A stretch of DNA of 64,000 nt. Origin: Candidatus Marinacidobacterales bacterium. Its GTDB lineage: Bacteria; Acidobacteriota; Vicinamibacteria; Marinacidobacterales; SMYC01. How positions within the stretch are numbered: the first letter of the stretch is position 1; each line of letters begins with the position of its first letter. Below, one piece after another: positions 43,216 through 52,025 of the stretch. The notes beneath the pieces are model-generated. The model was not told the origin of the DNA, did no database searches, and worked only from the letters and a program-made list of their open reading frames with translations. Position numbers and translations under genes: made by a program. Where the stretch lies: assembly GCA_965237955.1 (NCBI GenBank), contig OZ250169.1, positions 1,248,001-1,312,000 on the forward strand. The letters are read 5' to 3'.

Positions 43216-45360
43216 ATGAGCTCTTCTAGTTCTTCTTCCGTACCTTGTGGGTTGGCGCTCGCCATCCTGACGTTCTCGGGTTCGCTGGGTATGGCGCAGC
43301 CGGTGACGACGTCGGAACTCGAGAACGCTGCTGACGACAACTCGTCGTGGCTCACCTATGGTCGCGACTACTACGGGCAGCGCTTCGTTCGGCTGGACCA
43401 AATCACGCCGGCCAACGTGAACCGGCTGCACCCGGCGTGGGTGTTCGCGACCGGTGGTGAAAACCGCGGTCTGCAGGCGACGCCGCTGCTTCACCACGGC
43501 GTGCTCTACATCTCGGCCGACGGGTCGCGCGTGTTTGCGCTCGACGCACGTACCGGTAAGAAGATCTGGGGCTACGACCCGGAGATTGGTAAGGAAGTCG
43601 AGCGCGTGTATTGCTGCGGCGCGATCAACCGTGGCGTCGCGCTTGGGGGTGAGCTCGTGTTCATCGGCACGTTGGACGCCCGTGTGGTCGCCCTTAATAA
43701 GGAGACGGGCACGGTTGTTTGGGACACCCAAGTCGTCGACTGGGCGCAAGGCTACAGCATCACCGGAGCGCCGCTCGTGGTGAAGGATATGGTGCTCACC
43801 GGAGTCGCCGGCGGCGAGTTCGGCATTCGTGGTTTCGTCAAAGCATTCGACGCCAAGACCGGCGCATTGCGCTGGACGGCCTACACGATCCCCGGCCCAG
43901 GTGAGCCCGGGAACGAGACTTGGCCGGGCGACACTTGGAAAAACGGAGGCGGCCCCACGTGGACGACGGGCGTCTACGATCCGAGCTTGAACCTCGTCTA
44001 TTGGAATACGGGGAACGCCGCACCATGGAACTGCCAGGTAAGAAAAGGCGACAACAAGTGGACGGCGTCAACCATTGCAATCAACGCTGATACCGGCGAG
44101 ATCGACTGGGGATTCCAGTACACACCGTGGGATTGCTGGGACTACGACGCCGTGAGCACGCCGCTCCTCGCCGACGTCGAGCTCGGTGACCGCGGACTCG
44201 TCAAAGCGCTCTTCCATCACGACAAGAACGGTTTCTTCTACGCGCTCGATCGCACCGACGGTCAGTTCATCTACGGCGAGCCCATCGTTCCCGGTATCAA
44301 CTGGGCGTTCGGTCTCGACCCCGTGACCGGTCGTCCCGACGTGAACCCGGATATGATCGGGGTATCGGGTGGCCCGGAGGTCGGACCGATTATTCCCAGC
44401 CTCGAGGGCGCGATCGATTGGCAGCCTCTCGCCTACAACCCGGACCTCCAATACCTCTTCTTCATGTCCAATCAATGGGCGATGGGATACAAGTTTTGGG
44501 CCGAAGACACGTTCGAGCCGCCTATTACCGGCGAATGGTATTTGGGCGCCGATTACCAGCTGTACCTGACGAGCGACAATCCCGGTAACTTCGTTGCGTT
44601 CGACGTCGTGAATCGGAAGGTGGTATGGCGTTCGGCGAGTCCGGCGCCATTTTGGGCCGGTGCAGTAGCCACTTCGACCGGGCTCGTCTTCACCGGAGAC
44701 ATGCGCGGCTACTTCATGGCGTTCGACGCCTACTCGGGCACGTTGCTGTGGCAGTTTCAAACCGGCTCGGGGATCATCGGAAGCCCGATCACCTACGAGC
44801 TCGACGGCACGCAATACATCGCTGTTCCTTCAGGCGGCATCGGCGGCGACATGACGTTCTACTACACCGAACCGAAGGCCGGGAACTTCTGGGTGTTCGC
44901 GCTCGATGGCGGCGGTCCAGCACGTGTGCCACCGGGGACGAATCTGACGAAGCTCGAGGGCGGGTTACCGAGAGTCGGCGAGCCGGGCCACACGCTCGGC
45001 GGCCGCGTCCTTCCCGGTTACGGCTTCACGCCGAGAGAAGGCGGCGAGCCCATCAGCGGAGCGTCCCCGCCCCAGCCGACCGCAGCGCAATCGCAAGCGC
45101 AATCGAGTCCATTCTCGGGCGACGCGGACGCGATCGCGCGCGGCGAGCAGATCTATCGCGCCCGTTGCGTCGGGTGCCATCAATCTGCCGGCGGTAGCGG
45201 TTCGAACCTGTTCAGGACGACGATGAGTCCGTCGCGGTTCCACCAGAGTGTCGCCGATGGTACCGAGGGCACGACGATGCCGGCGTTCGGCTCTCTGTTG
45301 ACGACCGATCAGATCTGGGAGGTCCATGCCTTCGTCCTGTCGCGCGATCGCCTCGATTGA
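43216..45360 (+). CDS. PQQ-dependent alcohol dehydrogenase with C-terminal cytochrome c
   Basis: Signal peptide; vicinal CC (YCCGAINRG), GGEFG, TGNAAPW, WDYDA, Trp-docking repeats; heme motif CVGCH and distal MPAF. Confidence 0.92.
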   Translation: MSSSSSSSVPCGLALAILTFSGSLGMAQPVTTSELENAADDNSSWLTYGRDYYGQRFVRLDQITPANVNRLHPAWVFATGGENRGLQATPLLHHGVLYISADGSRVFALDARTGKKIWGYDPEIGKEVERVYCCGAINRGVALGGELVFIGTLDARVVALNKETGTVVWDTQVVDWAQGYSITGAPLVVKDMVLTGVAGGEFGIRGFVKAFDAKTGALRWTAYTIPGPGEPGNETWPGDTWKNGGGPTWTTGVYDPSLNLVYWNTGNAAPWNCQVRKGDNKWTASTIAINADTGEIDWGFQYTPWDCWDYDAVSTPLLADVELGDRGLVKALFHHDKNGFFYALDRTDGQFIYGEPIVPGINWAFGLDPVTGRPDVNPDMIGVSGGPEVGPIIPSLEGAIDWQPLAYNPDLQYLFFMSNQWAMGYKFWAEDTFEPPITGEWYLGADYQLYLTSDNPGNFVAFDVVNRKVVWRSASPAPFWAGAVATSTGLVFTGDMRGYFMAFDAYSGTLLWQFQTGSGIIGSPITYELDGTQYIAVPSGGIGGDMTFYYTEPKAGNFWVFALDGGGPARVPPGTNLTKLEGGLPRVGEPGHTLGGRVLPGYGFTPREGGEPISGASPPQPTAAQSQAQSSPFSGDADAIARGEQIYRARCVGCHQSAGGSGSNLFRTTMSPSRFHQSVADGTEGTTMPAFGSLLTTDQIWEVHAFVLSRDRLD

Positions 45361-45460
45361 GCGGAACCCACACACCGGTGTAGGCAAAAGCCCACGAATT
45401 GCTCGAGCCGGCTCCGTCTAACTTTATTAATGGTAATGGTTTGGCCTGGCTCGCCTTCGA

Positions 45461-45476
45461 CGGAACGCCCTTTGCA
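45461..45476 (+). promoter_or_regulatory. Possible sigma-54 (-24/-12) promoter
   Basis: cGGaacgccctttGCa has GG-N10-GC spacing, downstream of an AT-rich tract and upstream of the PilZ gene. Confidence 0.3.
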
Positions 45477-45488
45477 ACGGCTATCGAC

Positions 45489-45961
45489 ATGGCGCTGGAG
45501 GAAAAACGCGTAGACCGGCGGATCGAACCGAGGGTCAAGACGGAGGGATGTTGAGCGTCACCCTGCGTATGGGTGACCAAGTGGCCGAGGGTCACCTCGT
45601 CGACATCAGCACGCGCGGAGCCTACATCGCGACCGGCGCCACTCTGGATCGAGGTATCTACGTGACGTTGGTGTTCGAGCTCCCTGGCCCGAAAGGTGCT
45701 CAAGAGATCAAAGCTCAGGTCGCGCGGTCGAAGTCCGGGCTCGACGGTGAGTTCGACTCGATGCCGTCAGGGCTCGGCGTCATGTTTCTAGCGAACGAGC
45801 TCGAGGAACGACTTCGCATCGAGCGCTTGGTGGCAGCGCTGGTGTCGCTCGACCTGCTCAGCTATGACAAACGACAGAGCGAGTGGATGGAAAGCGCCGA
45901 GTCGATACCCGGCGACGACCGAACGGATCCTTCGAACTCCGACACCCGCCCCGGCACTTGA
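45489..45961 (+). pseudogene. PilZ domain protein, frameshifted near the N-terminus
   Basis: RRIEPR motif (from ATG 45489) is out of frame with DISTRG...GLGVMF (45548-45961). Confidence 0.7.
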
Positions 45962-46002
45962 ATCCAGCCGAACGAACGCCGGCGACAACCGGGGTCAGTG
46001 GT

Positions 46003-46365
46003 TCAAATCGAGCAACACTTGCAAAGATTCTTGCGGCAGTGACGCTTGCATTCGTGCGACTCCGTACCATTGCACTCGGTGTGCTCGTAGCATTTGCAAG
46101 CGACGGAGCCCTCGGGCTTGTGCACTAGCCCATCCTGGACGCAGACGCCTTTCTCTTCTTCGGCTTCGCTCTGAGCGTTTTGCAAGGGGGCCGCTTGCGC
46201 CATCGCCTCACCGAGGGTTTCGCCGGGCTCGACGACGTAGGCACAGCTATCTTCTTCCGCGATCATGATGATCGGGTCGCTGCCCTTTTCTTCTCCCGTT
46301 TGGACGCCCGATGGCAGCGCGGTACCGAAGAGCGCGAGGATCAACATCACCGTTTGGATACGCAT
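46003..46365 (-). CDS. Small secreted cysteine-rich protein
   Basis: GGAGAGGA SD, signal peptide, acidic middle, 10 Cys of which 9 are in the C-terminal region. Confidence 0.7.
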   Translation of the reverse strand: MRIQTVMLILALFGTALPSGVQTGEEKGSDPIIMIAEEDSCAYVVEPGETLGEAMAQAAPLQNAQSEAEEEKGVCVQDGLVHKPEGSVACKCYEHTECNGTESHECKRHCRKNLCKCCSI

Positions 46366-46496
46366 GGTGGTCCTCTCCTAATCGTTTTCGTTGGCGATAA
46401 GGGCGAGGCGAGTGGATCCTACGATTGCGCTCTTGTATTTAGTCTACCAGGAAACGTGCCATGGTGGAATCACGGCCCGGAAGCGTGGGTAGTGTC

Positions 46497-47312
46497 CTAA
46501 TTTGCCGCCGCGACGAGATCCCGTAGTTCCAGGGGCTCATTCGCGATCCCCGCTTCCATCGCTGGTGTGACGCGAAGGCTCTTGTGGATGCGGCAGAAAT
46601 TGTAGTGCGCGAAGTGAAGGCTCACCGCTGCCTTCAAGTTCTCGACCTTTTTGCTGAAGGCGTTCGTGAGCCGGGTGAAGCGCCTCATCGACATTCGCAT
46701 GGTTAGATTCTGCCTCTCGACGTGCGACGTACATATACCCTTCGGGTTACCGACGATTTGCTCTGTACTGATGCTGGCGACCTTTGGTGGACTGTACCTA
46801 CCGGGGCCGACAGGCGTCGCTTCGAAGTGCTTTACGATTCGACCGTAATCAACATCTGAGCCGAAGCCTTGTTCAACGGCATCCACGTAGGCTTCCATCG
46901 CATCTGTAGACAGTTGCACGCGGCCTGCCAAGCGCGAAGCCAGATCACCAACAAAGGCTCGGGTGTTTGCGCCGTCGCGTTTTCCCACTCGATACGAAGG
47001 GACAAGCTTGCTGTCGGTATCGAGTGCAACATAGGTCCAGAAGTCACCATTCTGAGCTGGATCATCGGTAGGTCTCATGTGGCGCTGCTTCTTTCCGACG
47101 TAGCACCAGATCTCGTCCATTTGGAGGTGACGGCATTCGAGCCCGCGCATCTCCGAGTCCATGAATAGCGCTGAGATATCGCCGACCCGGACCATGAGGC
47201 GCATGATCGTGTCGCGATGAATGCCGGTCATGCGCTCGACCGAGCGGATCGAGCATCCTTCGACGAGCGCGGAAATGGCCGCCGTTCGCTTGTCAAGACT
47301 GAGCTTATTCAT
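46497..47312 (-). CDS. IS1-family transposase (single ORF)
   Basis: HTH EGCSIRSVERMTGI; MDEIWCYVGKK, STD, VERQNLTMR...RRFTRLTNAFSK, HYNF. Confidence 0.9.
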   Translation of the reverse strand: MNKLSLDKRTAAISALVEGCSIRSVERMTGIHRDTIMRLMVRVGDISALFMDSEMRGLECRHLQMDEIWCYVGKKQRHMRPTDDPAQNGDFWTYVALDTDSKLVPSYRVGKRDGANTRAFVGDLASRLAGRVQLSTDAMEAYVDAVEQGFGSDVDYGRIVKHFEATPVGPGRYSPPKVASISTEQIVGNPKGICTSHVERQNLTMRMSMRRFTRLTNAFSKKVENLKAAVSLHFAHYNFCRIHKSLRVTPAMEAGIANEPLELRDLVAAAN

Positions 47313-47352
47313 TCGCTTTCCCTCTCACTTCTATGCTACGTTCCTCTTCAGT

Positions 47353-47426
47353 TGGTGGAGCTGCTGGGAATCGAACCCACGTGGGGCAGGCTGTAAATAC
47401 CGCCCTGGGCACCAGCCCACAGCCCC
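47353..47426 (-). ncRNA. tRNA-like RNA with Ala/tmRNA-type acceptor stem, in the transposase leader
   Basis: GGGGCTG pairs with CAGCTCC (G3-U70), then ACCA; T-loop TTCGATT; short hairpin in place of the D-arm; non-canonical anticodon arm. Confidence 0.75.
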
Positions 47427-47435
47427 GAATAGACG

Positions 47436-47471
47436 AAGCCCTCCGAGGGTGTTGCCTCGGAGGGCTTTTTT
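47436..47471 (+). terminator. Intrinsic terminator-like hairpin, antisense to the transposase leader
   Basis: 13-bp perfect stem aagccctccgagg / cctcggagggctt with a T-run on the + strand. Confidence 0.6.
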
Positions 47472-47488
47472 GTCTCTCATTAAGTATT

Positions 47489-47516
47489 ATTATCTCCATC
47501 CTCAGCATTTTGTCAA
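47489..47516 (-). promoter_or_regulatory. Sigma-70-type promoter for the tRNA-like RNA and transposase
   Basis: TTGACA (47516-47511), 16-nt spacer, GATAAT in an AT-rich tract. Confidence 0.5.
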
Positions 47517-47606
47517 GGTAAAATAGAGACAACAAATGATAATATCGAGTTGTTTTATCCGCCACAAAGTGTTATCTTGTCGGCACAGAAAGAAGGGACC
47601 TATATT

Positions 47607-48386
47607 ATGGCCAACGAGACCGGGAAGCCTATTAGAAAGCGGAGCCCGAACCATCCAGCAATCAATCTCAAGATCGCGACCGCCAAGATCGAGCAAATTT
47701 ATGAGAACGAGAAGGGCCAACACTTTGTCCCGTCCGAGACGATTTTCAGTCACTGGGGGTACAACGCGAAAAGTAGCGCGGGCAATACAACTCTTGGGGC
47801 ATTGAAGCAGTTCGGGCTATTGGACGCCGGGAGCAAGGAAGGCCGCCCAGGAGAGTCTAAGCTCAGTGACCTAGCAATGGAGATTCTGCTGGACAAAGAT
47901 GGCAGTCTCGGGCACAGAGACGAAGCACTCAAGAAGGCAGCGATGAAACCTCCCCTGTACGCCAAGATTTTGGGGGATTCGGGCGGTAGCCTGCCATCCG
48001 ATAAGACGTTGTGCTATCAGTTGATTAGAGACCATGGGTTTTCAGAGAGTCGAGCGACGGATTTCATTAAAGAATTCCAATCCACTTTAGCCTTTGCAGG
48101 AATTACAGAAGACGATACACTACGCAATGGGAGTGAGGATGGTGAGGCTGCTTCTAGCGGCCCGCAACGCTCGCTAGATGAGAAAAACGCCCTGCCAAAT
48201 ACTTCCAAAGCGAGGCCAGGAATGAATCAGGATACATTCACTCTCGACGAGGGGCAGGTTGTGTTGCAGTGGCCGGCAAGCTTCAGTCCGGAGAACTACG
48301 AAGATCTAAAGGATTGGTTGGAGCTCATGGCAAGAAGAATGAAACGGGCTGTGCGCGAAGCCAAAGAAGAGACTAAACAGGAGTGA
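47607..48386 (+). CDS. Passenger protein of unknown function, probable winged-helix DNA-binding fold
   Basis: RSPNHPAINL...WGY...LGALKQFGLL; lower GC than host genes. Confidence 0.7.
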   Translation: MANETGKPIRKRSPNHPAINLKIATAKIEQIYENEKGQHFVPSETIFSHWGYNAKSSAGNTTLGALKQFGLLDAGSKEGRPGESKLSDLAMEILLDKDGSLGHRDEALKKAAMKPPLYAKILGDSGGSLPSDKTLCYQLIRDHGFSESRATDFIKEFQSTLAFAGITEDDTLRNGSEDGEAASSGPQRSLDEKNALPNTSKARPGMNQDTFTLDEGQVVLQWPASFSPENYEDLKDWLELMARRMKRAVREAKEETKQE

Positions 48387-48667
48387 ATGAGTTACCAATC
48401 TCTGAGTTCGAAAAGGCCATCCGTGAAACTCACGGTGCCGTTGCACGCCTAGACGTCAGGACACTCGTTGAGGAAACATTCCAAGGGGAAACCGTTTGGA
48501 CGGGCGAGGTGCTCGCCTTTGAACTCCAAGACCACCCGACCGCAACCCAGTGCTACGCATGGTCCGTTGGCGGTCGCGTAACTGCCGTTCTTCACGAAGG
48601 CCCTATCGACTCGCCCGAAGCTGCCGTCCGAGCAGCTATCGCTGCTGAACACCGAACGAAATCCTGA
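48383..48667 (+). CDS. Small hypothetical passenger protein
   Basis: GTGA overlap with the upstream gene; FQGETVWTGEV..F.L..HP...YAWS...SP.AAVRAAI; ends just before the right TIR. Confidence 0.75.
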   Translation: MNELPISEFEKAIRETHGAVARLDVRTLVEETFQGETVWTGEVLAFELQDHPTATQCYAWSVGGRVTAVLHEGPIDSPEAAVRAAIAAEHRTKS

Positions 48668-48717
48668 AGCGCCTCCGGTCAAATTAGGACACTACCGAAG
48701 CGTGGCGCGAGCACTGG

Positions 48718-48731
48718 TGGTGCCGAAGGGG
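48718..48731. repeat. 14-bp direct repeat of the tRNA-Leu 3' end (att-like)
   Basis: tggtgccgaagggg is identical to 51881-51894. Confidence 0.65.
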
Positions 48732-48947
48732 ACGGTACCGGATCCGGCAGGCGTTGATGCATGAATCAGTTCGGGACATGCACCACGGCGGCGGCCGTTC
48801 TTGGGCGGTGTCCAAGCTTCGCGCGCCTCCTCGGAAAACCGAACGGTGATGTCGCCACGGCTCCTGAGGCCACGCTCGCACTCCCGCCAGTTGGTCACGC
48901 GATACTTCGTCTTGTATTTGCGGTTCACTCGGCTGGACTTGCGCGCG

Positions 48948-50392
48948 GGAGGTGCCCCCACCATAGTTGAAGGTTCGAGGTGGTGGCGGCTCCTGACACA
49001 AGGTTTACCCGACTTTGGCGTGCTTGTCGAGCGCTTGATTCTCAGTGACCTCCGCTAACTTCGCTTCGAGGATCGGTAGCGATTGGTATCCAATGATACG
49101 ACGGAAATTTTTCTCCGTGGCGAGCAGAGCCGAAGCGGCCCATCTCAGAACCATCTTGCCATTGCGCCAGCGGGTGACGCGACGGGTACGACCTCGCGCA
49201 CCGCTGAAGCACGACTCGATGATGTTCGTCGATCCAAGGCAGCGTTTCAGAGATGCGGGGAGGTCGAGCTCGTCGATGGTGAACATCTCGTCGAGCCCCT
49301 CCCGGATGCTCTCCGCCGCCGAGGGGTAGTCGTCCTCGAGCCACTTCGCCTGTTGCTCCAACCGCGCTTTGCCCTTCTTTGCTGGGAGCTGCCAGGCCGA
49401 ACGCAGGCTCGCTTGCACTTGCGGCTTCAGCTCCTGCGGCAGATAACCGAGCACATTGCGCTCCTTGTGCTTCCTGCAACGCTGGACCTTGTTGTGGGTA
49501 CCGAACACAGCGTCGACGGCGACCCGTAGCGCCTTGGAGCCATCGATCACGAACAGCCGACACCGCTCTGGGCTCAGGCCTCGTTCGACCAGGTCCTCCA
49601 GCAGCGCCTTGCACACTATCTGGTTCTCCGATGCTCCATCCCGAAGCCCCAGAACATGCTTGTATCCCTCTGTATCTACGCCGATTGCCGCCAGCGCGTG
49701 GTGCTCGCCGAAGCGAATCCCGTCCAGGTACACGACCGCGATCTCCAGCTCGTCCAGCGGACGCTCCATCAGCCCCTGCAACTGCTCCGCGCTTGCTTCC
49801 ACGAACTCACGGCTCACCTCGCTCTTGCTAACCCCTACCGTCTCCGCCATCTCGGGAAGAACCGACGCGTACTTGCGCGTCGACACACCCAGCATCAGGA
49901 TTTCCCAGATGCGTTGGCTCAGCCGAGACGAGTTGTTCACCGCTTCGTAGGCAGGAATCGCAACCTCCCCTCCCTCTGCCTTTCCCTTACGCCGCAGACG
50001 TGGCCGGCTCACTCTCAACTTCCGCTCCGCAAGGCTTACTACGCCACCCTGCCGGCCGTGCCAGCGAACATCGCTACCCTTCTTCCCCGGGTGTTTCTCC
50101 CCAGCCACACTTTGGGCTGACAGATCCAAGACCGCTTCGATCGTCGCTCGGCCAGCAACGTCGATCACTTCGTCGATCGCTATCTCGGTTCGCTCAATCG
50201 CATCCAAGAACGGCAACAGAGCTTGCCCCTTCGAGCTCAGTATCTCTCGAAGCTTCTTCCTGTTCTTCGCATCGATGATTTGGTAATTTGACATCGTGGT
50301 GGCTCCTTTCTTTTTCCTTCACAGCCGGATTCTATCGAACCCGGCCTTAGGAGCCGCCACTCCTAACCTTCAACTATCTCAGGGGCATCTCC
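48948..50392 (-). mobile_element. IS256-family element
   Basis: TIR ggaggtgcccc..atagttgaaggtt / aaccttcaactat..ggggcatctcc; 8-bp TSD TGCGCGCG (48940-48947, 50393-50400). Confidence 0.93.
49005..50294 (-). CDS. IS256 transposase
   Basis: GVSTR, VYLDG, DLVERGL, VIDG, QRCRKHK, STNIIES. Confidence 0.94.
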   Translation of the reverse strand: MSNYQIIDAKNRKKLREILSSKGQALLPFLDAIERTEIAIDEVIDVAGRATIEAVLDLSAQSVAGEKHPGKKGSDVRWHGRQGGVVSLAERKLRVSRPRLRRKGKAEGGEVAIPAYEAVNNSSRLSQRIWEILMLGVSTRKYASVLPEMAETVGVSKSEVSREFVEASAEQLQGLMERPLDELEIAVVYLDGIRFGEHHALAAIGVDTEGYKHVLGLRDGASENQIVCKALLEDLVERGLSPERCRLFVIDGSKALRVAVDAVFGTHNKVQRCRKHKERNVLGYLPQELKPQVQASLRSAWQLPAKKGKARLEQQAKWLEDDYPSAAESIREGLDEMFTIDELDLPASLKRCLGSTNIIESCFSGARGRTRRVTRWRNGKMVLRWAASALLATEKNFRRIIGYQSLPILEAKLAEVTENQALDKHAKVG

Positions 50393-50580
50393 TGCGCGCG
50401 GCCATGGTTCATCTCCTCGATATTCGATGTATCGAGAAGCTGAGTCGAAGCGGTTGCCGGAGTCAAGAGCTATTCGTGCACCAAAGCCCATCGGAGGAGT
50501 GAGCGTTCGCTACTAGATGCATCAACCACGACCAGACGAACTGTTGCCGCTTCGGATGCGGTGGTCTAAGATTCGAGGCT

Positions 50581-51522
50581 ATGCTAGCTAGCGGAGATTT
50601 GAATATTCCGTGGATCGACTTGCCGCACTTCGAGAAACTTCTCGACGAGAGTGCGCTGGACGCCGGCATGCGAGAAAAAGAGAAATTCTTCGCTCGGGAA
50701 GGATACCTGCTGATCGACCTCGAGATCTCCGATTTCGACGATGTCGCTGCCGAGATTGTGACGGCATGTTCGAAACAGCCCGACTACGACGTCCGAGTGA
50801 CAGACGCCTGGGAATCTATTCCTGGTGTGAAGCGTCTGGCGCTTCTGCCGAGTGTGCTGTCGCTACTGCAAGCTCTCTATCGCCGCACACCCGTTGCCAT
50901 GCAGACGCTCAACTTTGCACGCGGCACGGAACAAAAGCCACATTCGGACGCTTTTCACTTCAACTCGGTGCCGCCTGGTTTCATGTGCGGTGTCTGGATC
51001 GCACTCGAAGAGATCGATGACCGCAATGGCCCGCTCCTTTACTACCCCCGTAGTCACAAACTTCCGTACCTCGAGCACATGCATTATGGTTTGACCGCGA
51101 GCCGCCAAAGCGGGCACGAGCTCTATCCGGCCTATGAGGAACAGCTCGGCCGCGTGCTCGACAAAGCTGGTCTCGAGCCGCTTACTATTTCGATGCCCGC
51201 GGGACACGCGCTGGTGTGGTCCGCGAATCTCGCGCATGGTGGCGCACCGATCGTCGATAGGCAGCGAACTCGCCACAGTCAGGTCACGCATTACTTCTTC
51301 GAGGATTGTCTCTACTACCAGCCGCAGAAATCGGACGTTTTTCTCGGTAGGATCGAGTGGCTCGACAAAAAGAGTGTCGCGACCGGAGACTACTTGCCGC
51401 AGGTCTACAACGGGCGCAGCGTACGGGTGCCGATGGGAGTCCTCGAGAGGCTCAAACGAACGGCGCGAAGGAGCGCACTTGCCCCGGTTCTACGTCACGT
51501 GAAGCGCAGAATATCTCCCTGA
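50581..51522 (+). CDS. Phytanoyl-CoA dioxygenase (PhyH) family 2OG-Fe(II) enzyme
   Basis: HSD motif, GVWIALE, NGPL.YYP.SH, AHGG, RHSQVTHY. Confidence 0.88.
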   Translation: MLASGDLNIPWIDLPHFEKLLDESALDAGMREKEKFFAREGYLLIDLEISDFDDVAAEIVTACSKQPDYDVRVTDAWESIPGVKRLALLPSVLSLLQALYRRTPVAMQTLNFARGTEQKPHSDAFHFNSVPPGFMCGVWIALEEIDDRNGPLLYYPRSHKLPYLEHMHYGLTASRQSGHELYPAYEEQLGRVLDKAGLEPLTISMPAGHALVWSANLAHGGAPIVDRQRTRHSQVTHYFFEDCLYYQPQKSDVFLGRIEWLDKKSVATGDYLPQVYNGRSVRVPMGVLERLKRTARRSALAPVLRHVKRRISP

Positions 51523-51880
51523 GCCCTCGACTCGCAAAAGTCTGGTCTCGCGTGTAGCCGTACCCCATGGAAAGATTCGCCGAAGCCGATCACCTTTGGA
51601 GAGGCAAAAGCCACCTGCCCGACACTCTTACTCGACGACGTCTCGGCGATGCCGTTTCTCGTCAAGATCGCCGGTGTCGAGGAGCATCAGCACCGGGCGC
51701 GTGTTCGCGCGGAGTCAAGCGCGGTTTACACGCAGTGACCCGCCGAACCAAGCCCGCTCGGTAGCGTCTTCGACTGCCACCTTTCCTCAGGGCTTTTTGG
51801 CCAAGTTCCGTTGGCTCCTTGTTGGTTTTGGTCGAGCCGAGGCCGTGCAAGTTATTGACTTCGCTGGATTTAGAGTTTGT

Positions 51881-51966
51881 TGGTGCCGAAGGGGGGATTT
51901 GAACCCCCACTCCCCGAAGGAAACTGCGCCCTGAACGCAGCGCGTCTGCCGTTCCGCCACTTCGGC
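51881..51966 (-). tRNA. tRNA-Leu (CAG)
   Basis: Cloverleaf with long variable arm; anticodon arm ctgcg-ttCAGgg-cgcag; GTTCAAATC; encoded CCA. Confidence 0.97.
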
Positions 51967-52025
51967 ACTAGGGCAGTGAAGCTAGGAATGGTACAAAGAC
52001 GAGACCCCGTTTTCAAGACCGAGCT

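Larger units (their letters stand above)
46488..48696. mobile_element. IS1-family transposon with passenger genes
   Basis: Perfect 17-bp TIR ggtagtgtcctaatttg / caaattaggacactacc; 8-bp TSD GAAGCGTG (46480-46487, 48697-48704). Confidence 0.92.
48750..50488 (-). mobile_element. Internally deleted IS5/IS903-group remnant interrupted by IS256
   Basis: Ends ggcgttgatgcatgaat / attcgtgcaccaaagcc. Removing IS256 restores MAARKSSRVNRKYKTKYRVTNW...RGDITV, which then breaks off. Confidence 0.75.

Noticed and set aside
47353-47426. Functional tmRNA or tRNA-Val/ochre suppressor
   Set aside because: Only 74 nt with no tag reading frame; the anticodon arm cannot form a 5-bp stem with a 7-nt loop; the D-arm is aberrant. 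Kept as tRNA-like only.
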